Below, in pieces: positions 1 to 11,307 of a stretch of 64,000 nt of DNA (position 1 is its first letter; each line of letters begins with the position of its first letter). The position numbers and the translations under genes are program-made. The stretch spans positions 13,486,451-13,550,450 of the forward strand of contig NC_134035.1 in the NCBI RefSeq assembly GCF_964204645.1. The letters are read 5' to 3'. Source of the DNA: Tubulanus polymorphus. Taxonomy: Eukaryota; Animalia; Nemertea. Under the pieces are notes generated by a model, which saw nothing but the letters and a program-made list of their open reading frames with translations, made no database searches and had not been told where the DNA came from.

Positions 1-278
1 CCAGAACAATCTCAGACGCCAAAGCCCCAGCTAGCTATGACTAGGTCGTGGATTCAGTTTGCACAGTCGTTTCTCAAGTACGAAAGTGTTCATCTCAAAT
101 TCTGTCAAATTGGCTTTAGAAGTATAAAATTGCCATAGAATGGTCTCCAATCTAAGATATGGTTATAAAACTGACTCAACGACTAGCCTTACTTCTGAAT
201 TCGCTAAAGCCTTACCCTGGTCCCGGTCCCCGGTTCTAAACCCGTAAGATGCTACAGCTAGATACATTTCAATATTAC

Positions 279-3200
279 CTTGATTTGAATTGTTCCCCTT
301 TCCACTACGCTATACGGAAAACCTTCCAGCAAAACTTTAGTAGTTTCTGAAATGTGTATTTTCTGCGATTCGGAGTTGGATTCCATTCTGGACGCGGTGT
401 TTACAGCGTCTCCGAACAAACAGTATCGAGGCATCTTTAACCCCACAACGCCCGCTACGACTGTACCAGAATGCGCTCCTGAAAATTATACGCCAAAAAT
501 GTTATGCAAATGTCATCGTTAATCATAACTTATTACACTAATCATATCTAGTTAGACTACTAGCCAAGCGGTTGTGCATGTTTATGGCTTAGATTTAAGA
601 TACGTTTAAGACCATCTTTGCTGATAGCCAATCTAAAAAAACTTAAAAGAGACATAGTCTAAGTTCATTTTGGTTCTTGAATAGATAATCTTTTGGTGGA
701 CTGGATAGAAAAAACATTTCAGGACCAGGACCAGCATAAAACCATCTTAGTTCTATAGCCAACCTAACAACAGTCGCCTGTGCAACTAGGATAAGATGGT
801 CTTGAATATGATAAGGCTTAACTCTACAAATGGTCAGGTCTTTTCAATTTCAAGTTTTCAATTTCCATCATGCAGTAGTTTAGGCAGACTCGTACCGACT
901 CGAATAGTGATATGCGATCCTGATGATAAATCCATGATTTCCCACATAGTCGATACCATATCTAAACCCATATCACAAATATAACAAGCGTGAAATTTCG
1001 TTACAACCGGCGCACCGGCCGCTACCATATACGCGTCACCGATAGTCTCAACCTGGACAAAAAAAGATGAAAATTTGATAAAAATCTTCTTAATACATCT
1101 ATCAAACTTCAAACCTCACAAATTTTTATTTCATTAACACAAATAAAACCAACAAATGAAGAAAAATGCTGTACGGATTTCGACGTTTCGAGCTTCGACC
1201 AAAATCCTATCAGAATTCATCGATTGGATTTGTTTTGCTATGGGTAGCAGTTTCATAGATTGAGTATCGACGTTAACCCTAGGGGTAAATCCTCAATCTG
1301 GTAATAGTAACAATGAGAAACCATGGTTATAACTGACGAATTTCAAAATATTCCCAAGGCCCGGTTTCACGAACGGGGATTAAGTCCGTAATTTTAATTA
1401 ATTGTCTAATTCGAAATAAGCATTTTTGATTCGAATTATCACCTAATTCGAATCAAAAGTTAATCCCCGTTCGGGAAACCGGGCCCAGGGACTATTTTTC
1501 TCCACATCCATGAAACCCAGCCCTGGTGTGCGGTAGTTATTTCTCATACCTTGTAAACTCGATGTTTTTCGCTGAGTTGGTCGAATTTAGTGTACATCGA
1601 GTTGAGCATGGTGACCACTTGTAACGGGGTAATCTTACTGCAGATCGTCGTAAATCCGACCACGTCACTGAACAGAACAGTCACACATTCAAACGTCTAT
1701 AAACGAATTCAGAAAATATCTCAATTGATGATATTTGATTAACAGTTAATTTTGATAGTTTCGATGATCTTTATAAACAGTTAATTTTGATAGTTTCGAA
1801 AAGTTTTGAATGAATAACTCATCAGAGAAACTACAATGATTTTCATCATTTCATGATTTTCAAAACATCGAAAATGCAAAAAATAAACTGTTACATCATA
1901 TTAGGGATGAGGAGAGAATCCCACAATGATAATAAAAAGTCCGAAAATGAAACTTCGAGACAGTAGTTTATTTCAACGTTTATTTCTCAGTATTCCTGAA
2001 GATGACTATTAGGATATAGTCGAAACGTTGAAATAAACTACTATCTCGAAGTTTCATTTTCGGACTTTTTATTATCATTGTGGGATTCTCTCCTCATCGC
2101 GTCAACACGGATATTGTGTTTTACCTATCGTGATACATCATATTATATTGTGGGTGGATAGTGTTGGATATACTGCTGGTGGATATACTGGTGGATATTG
2201 GTAGATATACTGGTGGATACTACCGGTGAATACTGGTAGATACTGGTGGATATTGGTAGATAGACTGGTGGATACTACCGGTGAATACTGGTAGATACTA
2301 CTGGTGGATACTACTGGTGGATATTGGTAGATACTGGTGGATATTGGTAGATACTGGTGGATATTGGTAGATACTGGTGGATATTGGTAGATACTGGTGG
2401 ATATTGGTAGATACTGGTGGATATTGGTAGATACTGGTGGATACTACTGGTGGATATTGGTAGATACTACTGGTGGATACTGGTGGAAACTGGTGAACAC
2501 TACTGGATAATGGTGGATACTGGTAGATAGTATACCTCACAGGTTTCTACGGGGTCGACACCCTTTCGCAGACGATCAGCCACAGATCTGGGTATCATCT
2601 GATACAGAAGCTGATCGGTGCGTTTCATTTCCACGTGAAGACGTTTCATAAACTCCTCGAGTTTACGAGATTTCTGCTGCTCCTGGTCCAACGCTAATTT
2701 CAACTCGGCCGACTGTTGCGTACCGGCTAGGATCAGGTCACGTGACGAGTCGTGCATACTCAAGTCGTTGATGTACAAACCGGCGTTGAACATATCATTG
2801 ATATCCTTCATACTGAAAAGATCGAATAAAATCGAATTATTCATTGTAGAAATGATTGGCTATCAGTTAATTAGCTAATTGTTTTTTTTTATATATGCAA
2901 GTATAGTTACAAATGTGTTAGTTACTCAAACATGCATCCAGTCCAAATGTGGACTTACAAGTCATTCTACTTTTTGAAAAAGAATATTCAACTTTTATTA
3001 AAATTCACCAAACCGAATTAGCGGGTTTGATGTTTTTTTCCTTTAAAAATTTAAAAAAGTCTAAAAAGTCTATGGGGACATATCAATAAGTCATTCTTCA
3101 CATGAGACAGAACTTCGGCCAAGTAAGTTTTTTTCGAACAGGATTCGAACCCATAAGCCTGGAATCGGGAGACCAGCGACCTGTGACCTAAACCACTCGA

Positions 3201-6200
3201 CCACTGCGCTATTTCAAAGGACTGCCGAGGAATGGGATACTTACACAGGACACCCGAGGAATATAATACTATCCCAATCGTTCATGTACATCATTTGACC
3301 TTTCAATTTCAAACATTTCAAACTGCCTTCTTCCGTTTCAGACGATGACGTCATCTCGTTGTCCTTGTTAAGAAGAGAAAAGCTTATAGTTAATCAGAGG
3401 AAATTATTATAATTAGCTGCAGACTTCAGATTGTCAATATATTTCAAACGTCCTGGAGCAGCCTATTACTTACACAATAGATGAATCAGAATACACGTAT
3501 TCTATTCAATCGAACGACGATCTATTTTGCTCAAATATAAGTCAGTTTTTTTCAGTGAGCTGATTTATCAATAAGTAAGACATTATTAAGTATTCTTTCG
3601 AATAATCTCTGGACCCAGTTCCACAGTTGTCAGTTAAGATTTGACTCAGATTCAACTCATTGAAAATGAACTGATTTAAGTCAGCGTTAACTCTATAACT
3701 CGCAACTGTGGAATTGGATCCTGGAGATTAATATAGAATCATTCCGCCCAAAACTCCAATCAAACAAGAATATATAAGGTGTCATTATTGCTGCTGTTAT
3801 CGTCGCCTTTCGGAAGCATCCCGGGGATAGATTTAAACTAGTTAGTTAAAGTACATGATTAGTACCAACAATTCATTAAGACTAGTCTTTATGAATTGTT
3901 GTGAGTACTCCTACATGTATGTGTTACCTCGTTATTACAGCCATTCACAAATGTATCACTGTTCCTTCTATCCCCGCCTTTACCGTTTCCGATTGAGTGA
4001 CTACTGCACAAACTACTGGAAATCAACAATCAACAAAATATTACATAAATACATTGCACCTGATTTTCAGACTCTTTTTATTCTTAGATTATAATTTCTA
4101 CTCGAAGTTTTCCTAAGTTCCCTTTTCGAACCAACATCGTGTATAAATATTTAAAAAAAAAATAAAATAACAAATTGTATCGATTATTTATATTGTATGT
4201 AAGGTTCACGAAAAATAGATATCTATCTATCTTCGGTCGGTAACAGTTTATTTTTGATGGATACCTTTTACTGGATCGTTTGTATTGAGAAGAGGTCGGA
4301 GACTCTGATGCCCGAAACGGTTTCAGAATACTGAACTTCGCGAACGCGTTGTGAGGTTTCCGGCATTTTTCTCTCTTAAACCGAGCTGTAAATAATAAGA
4401 ATTTTAAATTGAAGTTTATTCAGACACAAAAGTTACCAGTACAGAGCAGAATACAAATATATACAAATATAAATCAGTCATTAATGTACAGTAATGTGTC
4501 AAGGATTCATCCCAAGCCAAACAAGGCTGTATTCAGAGAGGGGATGAACCCTGAAAACTGATAATGAAAATGACAATAGATTATAGAAGCGTTATGATAT
4601 TCAAAATGATACCGAGTATTGTGACTGGTCCGTAAAAGAAAATGTACGTATAAACACTGAACTGATATTGCCAGTGTATTCTCCTGGTACTCCGAGCCCA
4701 ATCGCAGTATCCGGAGTAAGTTCTTACTGTTGGCAACAGAACAGTGGTAACGTTTGAAGAACTCATCATTCAATGCTCGGCAGAGACGTGGAATATTCTT
4801 CCCTCAAACATGTTACGCCCCTTTCAAGATGTAGAATAATAGTGTGTAATTTTCTGAATGGAAATGTGCGCTCCGCTCGCGAGCTGCAACCTGTAAATCT
4901 GAATCAGTATCTGACACGACGTGTCCTGGAGCAGAGTTACTCTGATGGAATCTTTTGATTTGATTTGATTTCGTCACGCTACTGGTTTTTAGCTTTTGGT
5001 AATGACGTGAATTTTTATAGAATATGTTTTTTTTCACATCTGAGTCGCATCAAAATCGACGAAAAAAATGTTACTCGCTAAAAATGAACTTCTGACGATA
5101 AATTCTATGGTGTTCGATACTTTAAAAACGAACGAAAAATCCCAATCATCAGTGACTTCCTATTAATCGTAGAGAACTGAAATCTGATGTTTTTATCGGA
5201 ATCTACGCGCGTCTTGTCATTCAAATACACAATGAATAAGGCCTGTTTGATAGCTTGGTTTACGGGAACCGCCACCCGAAATTTGAAGAAAAGTCAAATA
5301 AAAAAGAGAATGTTTTTTTTAAAATTTTCATTCCCGCCTGTGGAACAAATTCAGTGAAAAAACGAGCAGAAAAAAAGTTTAATCTAGAGACTTATCCAAA
5401 TGATAACTTACGCATAGTAAATTGAATTAGATATACAAATTGAGACTCAAAAATGGAGATGACTTCAGTAGTGTGACATCTTATCCAAATAATGATTTAC
5501 GTACACTTTGTAAATTGTATTGAAAATACATATCAGGACTCATGAATAGAGAAAACTTCAATAATGTGATGACTTTATTTGATGATGATAATTAAACGAG
5601 TTTTGCTGATTATAAGATAGTTTTGTATGAAATGTTGTCTGTATGAGATGTGTGTTTGTGTTTGTAGTTGTTGCTCCGTGCAAAACGTATGATGCATTTA
5701 TCAGATATTATTTCAATGTCAAAAACAGATTTCTATATTCTTATATGAAAATAAACAAAATTCATAATTCAACGTGATCGTCATTTTGTGTCTTTAAGTT
5801 TATGCGAAGAGGCAGGTGTTTTACTGGAGCACCATCTTCACCGCGTCAGTAACAACTGATACTGATTCAGAGTGGTGCTGAGGATGTAGTACAGGGGTGT
5901 CCCGGGTTCGAACCCAGTAATTACTGATACTGATTCAGAGTGGTGCTGAGGATGTAGTACAGGGGTGTCCCGGGTTCGAACCCAGTAATTACTGATACTG
6001 ATTCAGAGCGGTGCTGAGGATGTAGTACAGGGGTGTCCCGGGTTCGAACCCAGTAATTACTGATACTGATTCAGAGTGGTGCTGAGGATGTAGTACAGTG
6101 GTGTCCCGGGTTCGAACCCAGTAATTACTGATACTGATTCAGAGTGGTGCTGAGGATGTAGTACAGGGGTGTCCCGGGTTCGAACCCAGTAATTACTGAT

Positions 6201-9200
6201 ACTGATTCAGAGTGGTGCTGAGGATGTAGTACGGGGGTGTCCCGGGTTCGAACCCAGTAATTACTGATACTGATTCAGAGTGGTGCTGAGGATGTAGTAC
6301 AGGGGTGTCCCGGAATCGAACCCAATAATTACTGATACTGATTCCTGGATGCTGGATAGAGGATGTACAGGGGTGTCCCTGGTTCAAACCCAGTAATTAC
6401 TGATACTGATTCAGAGTGGTACTGAAGCTGATTAAGAGGATGTTCAGGGGTGTCCCTGGTTCAAACCCAGGAATAACTTATACTGATTCAGAGTGATCCT
6501 GACGCCGAAGGAAGCACTATCATTCTGCAGATTTTAAAGTTGGACCGCGGCAGGCCGGTTTGTTACATTGTAACTGTTTAACAGCGATTCTGAATTTATT
6601 ATTTGATAAGCAATAAACGATAAAGTTCATACATGAATCTACGACGGTCATTCCGATACCGATTTTACGCCGAATCATCAGCGTTTCTACACCAGTAAGA
6701 TTTCCATAATAAACCCAAACTATTCCAGTAAAACCGAAATACTGTAGCTTTTCTAGAAATAGCACTGATTCGCAGGCGATGTACACGGCCACTAATGCAA
6801 ATGACATTCGCAAGACACGCAATTCTAATGTGTTAGTGGCGCGGCTTTTAGAACGAGTTTTACCGACACTAGAAACTTTAACAACGATTAAAACTACGAT
6901 TAAAGATATATTTATAACACCCAGTGAGACCATGGGGGCCATGATGCTGATTGTTGTAAATATCCAGCCTTGCGAGCGTCTTTTCCACTCATTAACAGAC
7001 GCAGGGTAAACTATAACATAGGATTGAATAAGAGTTGGGGGGTTGTGAATACAGGGTACTGGTATATAGGTTCGATCCGGTAGAAATATCGCAAAACAAA
7101 AACAAAAACTAAACAAACATAACACACCTATTATAGAATCCACAACTTTTCGAGTCCAAAACAATCTAGATTTTAGCGGGAAAACTATAATAACGAGTCT
7201 TTCCAAACTGACGAGAATGACGCACCAGTTTCGTATCAATTGAAACGCATAATACGGCGCCAATGCAGTTATAATGAATTCCCAACCATAAAACCAATCA
7301 TCCAAACGTAAAATGACGTCACCTATATGTATATAGAGATGCATTGCGCGTAGAGGGTACATCACGAATACGGTTGTCGAATAACATATGTCGAAAATAG
7401 CGAGAACTTTGATCAAATAATACGCTTCATTGTTCATCTTCTTTAACACTAGAAGCGTTATGATATTCAAAATGATACCGAGTATTGTGACTGGTCCGTA
7501 AAAGAAGATGTACATATAAACACTGAACTGATAATCCCAGCGTATTGCAAAGCTACTCCGTACATAATCGCAATGTCCCGAGAAGGTTCTTACAGTTGGC
7601 AACAGAACAGTGGTAACGTTTGAAGAACTCATCATTCAATGCTCGGCAGTGACGTGGAATATCATTCTCTCGTCATGTTACGCCCCTTTCAAGATGTAGC
7701 ATGATAGTGTGTAATTTTCTGAATGGAAATGTGCGCTCCGTTCCGAGCTGCGACCTGTAAATCTGAATCTGTATCTGACACGACGTGTCCTGGAGCAGAG
7801 TTACTCTGATGGAATGGCGCTACCACGAATAAAATAGCTCAAACCTTTCAACGACAACTTGCAAACAACTTTCATCTCTCTTGTTTGCTTCTATTTCCTT
7901 TTTATGCCAAAATCTATAAAATTTGGGCCGTGAGCACACTCTCGTATATCGTGAACCATTTAGTCGACTTTATTTGGTTTCCCAGTCGAAAAGATTCGTA
8001 TCAGATTGTTAATTTAAGAACTGACCAGCATTTTTGGGTGACTCATCAGCATAGTTATAGATAGATAAAATAGATGGATTTGATTTGATTTCGTCACGCT
8101 ACTGGTTTTAAGCTTTTAGTAATGACGTGACGTTTTATAGAATATGTTATTTTCACATCTGGGTCATATCAAAATGGACGAAAAAAATGTTACTCGCTAA
8201 AAATGAACTTCTGACGATAAATTCTATGGTGTTCGATACTTTAAAAACGAACGAAAAATCCTAATCATCAGTGACTTCCTATTAATCGTAGAGAACTGAA
8301 ATCTTTTTATCGAAATCTACGCGCGTCTTGTCATTCAAATACACAATGAATAAGGCCTGTTTGATAGCTTGGTTTACGGGAACCGCCACCCGAAATTTGA
8401 AGAAAAGTCAAATAAAAAAAATGTTTTTTAAATTTTCATTCCCGTCCCGTGGAACAAATTCAGTGAAAAAAACGAGCAAAAAAAGTTTTTCACCTCCACC
8501 GAATGAGAATCCCGGCTTGAATGATGAAAAAATTGAAAATGCAAGGTTTCTTATATCGCAGTGTGCAGAATTCGAACTTTCCAAGAATCATTTGTTTTGG
8601 ACATATGTATATTGCCCTGTCGACAGTTCCCTCTTCCTTCAAAAAGTGATTTTATCTCACTGAGGAAATTTCTTTTTTATTTTTAATTTCCTCCTCCGAA
8701 ATGATATTTTAATAGGTCTACCCCGTAAACCGAACTATTAAAAAAGGCCTAAGAAACACTGATTAATCATACCGCAGTTTCTCAGATATTCCTGTAGTTC
8801 TTTCACTTCTAATTTCGTGTAGACTTCAAACACGTTGTTTGTGTGCATCATCACCTTAAAAACAAATAGAATAACGCATTATTTTATCAACTTTGAGAAG
8901 TCGACGCGAGGACCGCCAGCACAGAACGACTAGGGTCGTGTGCTCAATGGACTACTATAAGAGAGCCATATTGAATATTGCATCAACACAACATTTCACC
9001 TCACGTTACAACGAGCTATTCTTCAAAGCAATAATTGAGTTGAAACATGGAGATAAATTTCGTAAGTTATCTTTCGAATGTGCTTGGGTTTTGTCTTAGA
9101 CAGGAGATAGACTGGCAACTGAACTCAGTTACAATAACAATAATTGAGTTGAAAAATTTTTGAGAAATATAAATTTGCTTAAGACCCGAAAGGGTTATTC

Positions 9201-10453
9201 CGCAACAACTTATGAACTGAACTGAACTGAAACTTAGAGATCAATTTTGTAAGCTTTCTTTCGATTGTGGTTTTTTTTTGCAAATTTGTGTGAGACTTTT
9301 TTCTTATCTATCGACTGTTGACGCGGATTAGAATTAGTAGTTTTATATTTAACTAACTATTTCACCCAAAATCTGAATTAAAAAAATTCATTAATTGTTA
9401 TTATCTTTGTTCTGACGTTTCGCGAGGATTACTTCTACCCATCTTCAGAGATTTATTTGAAAATGAGATATAATAGTAAAGCAAAAAAATCAATAATCCT
9501 CCCGAAACGTCAGAACAAAAATAATAACAATTTTTCTAAAAATTACAACTATAACCCAGACTGAAAATAGTCTCAACTATCTACAATCACATGTTTGATA
9601 TTCTATCGTGATGAGATTTTTTGGTACACATAACTATATCGAGGCTCAGTGTGTATTGCATGGTACTTACAGACTCCCAGGTAAACGAAACTAACGGTCG
9701 ACTCAGTTCAAATATATCGTCTATATTATGACCGATTACTTGAGGCATAACGGCTTTTAATCCGTCTCCGATAGAACGAATCGTTAATCCTCGATTGAAT
9801 ACGATATTGAAGGGAAATACTTCGAAGAATACGTCTGAAGGAACCGGTAACGAGTCGTTTAGCTGATCCGCTTGTATTTGAACTAAAGATCTGTAGGCGA
9901 AATTATTAAAATTCAACCTAATTATGACGTTGATCATCGATTCGTTCTCGAACTCAGACACGATGTCCATGTCGACGTCGACTTTATAGAACGAGCGGGC
10001 CACTTCTTTTATTTGTCCTTTGACGTAGTGGATGAAATTACGTCGTCGCGATCGATAGTGCAGCGTCAGTCCGGTCTTCGATTCGTTGACGCAAAAGAAA
10101 CTGGGCGGTTTCAATTTCGGATAACTGAATCTCAGATACTCGTGTAGATTGTCCAATCCGTTTAGAAAATCTCTCAAATGTCGACCTAAAACGTTTAATA
10201 CTCCGTCGTATCCGAACTGACTGACGAACGACACGAAATAGACGCCGATATCTTCCATAATCTCGTCGACGTCGAATCCGGTTATTTCGGAGGCGGCCTC
10301 GGCGATCGCCGGAATATACGATTCCGAGTAGACTTTGTGAGTGTTGAAAGTCGTTACGGGAATCCCGGATAGTTGCAGAACCTGGTCCCAGATTTCGTCG
10401 CCGTATTTCAGCTTGACGTAGTAGTAGATACCCTCGAGAAGTAGACCGTACAT
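279..10453 (-). CDS. Gyc88E: Atypical (Gyc88E-like) soluble guanylate cyclase, H-NOX + PAS/H-NOBA + coiled coil + cyclase; 3'-partial
   Basis: Phase-consistent GT-AG exons: 10453-9671 (MYGLLLEG...LDNLHEYL...YRSRR, H-NOX), 8854-8773, 4385-4265, 4015-3928, 3363-3245 ([10 protein letters not shown]), 2812-2536 ([20 protein letters not shown]...LLYQMIP), 1696-1550 ([10 protein letters not shown]), 1052-896 (VETIGDAY), 478-279 ([22 protein letters not shown]). The last exon(s) lie beyond the window start. A splice acceptor at 10489-10490 implies a further upstream 5'UTR exon. Confidence 0.93.
1358..1485. mobile_element. MITE (PIF/Harbinger-like)
   Basis: TIR GGCCCGGTTTCACGAACGGGGATTA / TAATCCCCGTTCGGGAAACCGGGCC. 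Confidence 0.65.
1904..2133. mobile_element. Penelope-like inverted pLTR remnant with hammerhead motif
   Basis: About 75-bp inverted arms; 12-bp direct repeat TACATCATATTA (1892-1903, 2134-2145); tail ATTGTGGGATT..CTCTC..TCATC..ACACGGATATTGTGT shared with the 18795 element. Confidence 0.72.
1996..2029 (+). ncRNA. Minimal hammerhead ribozyme motif
   Basis: CTGAAGA-tGACTAT(taggat)ATAGTC-GAAAC-GTT. Confidence 0.6.
2153..2530. repeat. About 20-bp minisatellite (GGTGGATATTGGTAGATACT)
   Basis: Direct tandem copies abutting the sGC donor at 2535. Confidence 0.9.
3133..3210 (-). mobile_element. tRNA-derived SINE head / tRNA pseudogene
   Basis: Minus strand: A-box GTGGTCGAGTGG, B-box GGTTCGAATCC, followed by an A-run; no intact acceptor stem. 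Confidence 0.5.
3611..3721. mobile_element. MITE (PIF/Harbinger-like)
   Basis: TIR GGACCCAGTTCCACAGTTG / CAACTGTGGAATTGGATCC; a related TIR type occurs at 16136-16245. Confidence 0.6.
4581..4769 (-). pseudogene. Truncated paralogous copy of the nested GPCR (N-terminus + TM1 only)
   Basis: 62 aa, 52 identical to residues 1-62 of the 7635 GPCR, then stop; part of a duplicated block (4584-4951 = 7450-7815; 4957-5380 = 8077-8488). Confidence 0.85.
5856..6500. repeat. 68-bp minisatellite with palindromic B-box-like GGGTTCGAACCC
   Basis: About 9.5 units, period 68; inverted dispersed monomers at about 22007-22115 and 22403-22490. Confidence 0.92.
6520..7635 (-). CDS. Single-exon rhodopsin-class (class A) GPCR, FMRFamide-receptor-like/Srw-type, nested in sGC intron
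   Basis: 371-aa ORF with seven hydrophobic segments; TM1 GIILN, TM2 LAIFD, TM3 SLERL (DRY variant), TM7 DSCMNFIVY (NPxxY variant), helix 8 NKFR; N-terminal NVT sequon. Confidence 0.88.
   Translation of the reverse strand: MMSSSNVTTVLLPTVRTFSGHCDYVRSSFAIRWDYQFSVYMYIFFYGPVTILGIILNIITLLVLKKMNNEAYYLIKVLAIFDICYSTTVFVMYPLRAMHLYIHIGDVILRLDDWFYGWEFIITALAPYYAFQLIRNWCVILVSLERLVIIVFPLKSRLFWTRKVVDSIIGVLCLFSFCFCFAIFLPDRTYIPVPCIHNPPTLIQSYVIVYPASVNEWKRRSQGWIFTTISIMAPMVSLGVINISLIVVLIVVKVSSVGKTRSKSRATNTLELRVLRMSFALVAVYIACESVLFLEKLQYFGFTGIVWVYYGNLTGVETLMIRRKIGIGMTVVDSCMNFIVYCLSNNKFRIAVKQLQCNKPACRGPTLKSAE
8354..8749. mobile_element. PIF/Harbinger (Tourist-like) MITE
   Basis: TIR GGCCTGTTTGATAGCTTGGTTTACGGG / CCCGTAAACCGAACTATTAAAAAAGGCC with TAA on both sides; left part copied at about 5240-5380. 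Confidence 0.7.
9394..9532 (-). mobile_element. Degenerate inverted repeat with hammerhead-like core (9414-9448), Penelope-like remnant
   Basis: Arms TTGTTATTATCTTTGTTCTGACGTTTCG / CGAAACGTCAGAACAAAAATAATAACAA; the minus strand reads CTGAAGA...CGAAACGTC with a weak stem II; no clear TSD. Confidence 0.45.
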
Positions 10454-11164
10454 CGTCACGTGTTACCTGCGGTCGACTGCTACAACACCTGAAAACAGAC
10501 AAACACAATCTCCACAAACATGGAAATAGTAATATATAGAATGCGAACAGATAATTTGAATTTACCGGGTTTTTTTCTCTAGATAAAAACACATCTTTTC
10601 TAGGATGAAAAATTATACGTAAGGATCTAAAGGATTAACTCAACAGTTTACTTAGATTTCTTAAAACGAATCTTCCAGATTGGGGAAATTACGTAGTCGT
10701 AAAAAAGGATCCCCATCCCAGACGAATAAAGCAATTCGACTAAAGCTATTGAATCTATTGAATACACGTTATTACAATAGACGCTATGCAGTTGAATAAG
10801 TTGAATATAATGAGCAATGAATGGGGAACCCGCCGCTGCCGCTGCCGCTGCCGCTGCCGCTGCTCAACGAATAAGACAAGTTGATAATTAGTAGGATTTA
10901 GAAACGCTTTAACACCTGTAAACAATTAGTAAAACTGCAGCGAGTTAAAGGTTTCAATCAGCTACTGAACCATGTCAACTAAGCTAATCGCATTCCTTTT
11001 TATATGTGTTTTATTTTCTATATTATCACTATAATATCACTTTTTATGCATTTTTGATAATATCTATTTCTTGTGTGGCTTTGGGTCACACCTGACTGAT
11101 CACCAGTATGGCCACTGGTCACTACACTGACCAGACAAACTTCCAAACAAGTTCAGTCACCACT

Positions 11165-11307
11165 GGCCTATGGTCTAGTGGTTAGTATGTCCGGCTAGCG
11201 TGCTCCAGGTCGTGGGTTCGAGTCTAGCTAGGGTTAGGGTTGCGGCCGAGCTAGGGTTAGGGTTGCGACCGAGCTAGGGTTAGGGTTGCGACCGAGCTAG
11301 GGTTAGG
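11165..11307 (+). repeat. tRNA-like head followed by a 23-bp TTAGGG-containing tandem repeat
   Basis: A-box TGGTCTAGTGG, B-box GGTTCGAGTC, then about 3.5 x AGCTAGGGTTAGGGTTGCGACCG. Confidence 0.6.

Noticed and set aside
10038-10592. 184-aa Arg-rich ORF overlapping the sGC H-NOX exon
   Set aside because: Alternative-frame shadow of a real exon, non-ATG start in the intron, no recognisable domain.
11165-11236. Functional tRNA gene
   Set aside because: A/B boxes are present but the anticodon and T stems do not pair properly and there is no oligo-T terminator; same for 3133-3210.
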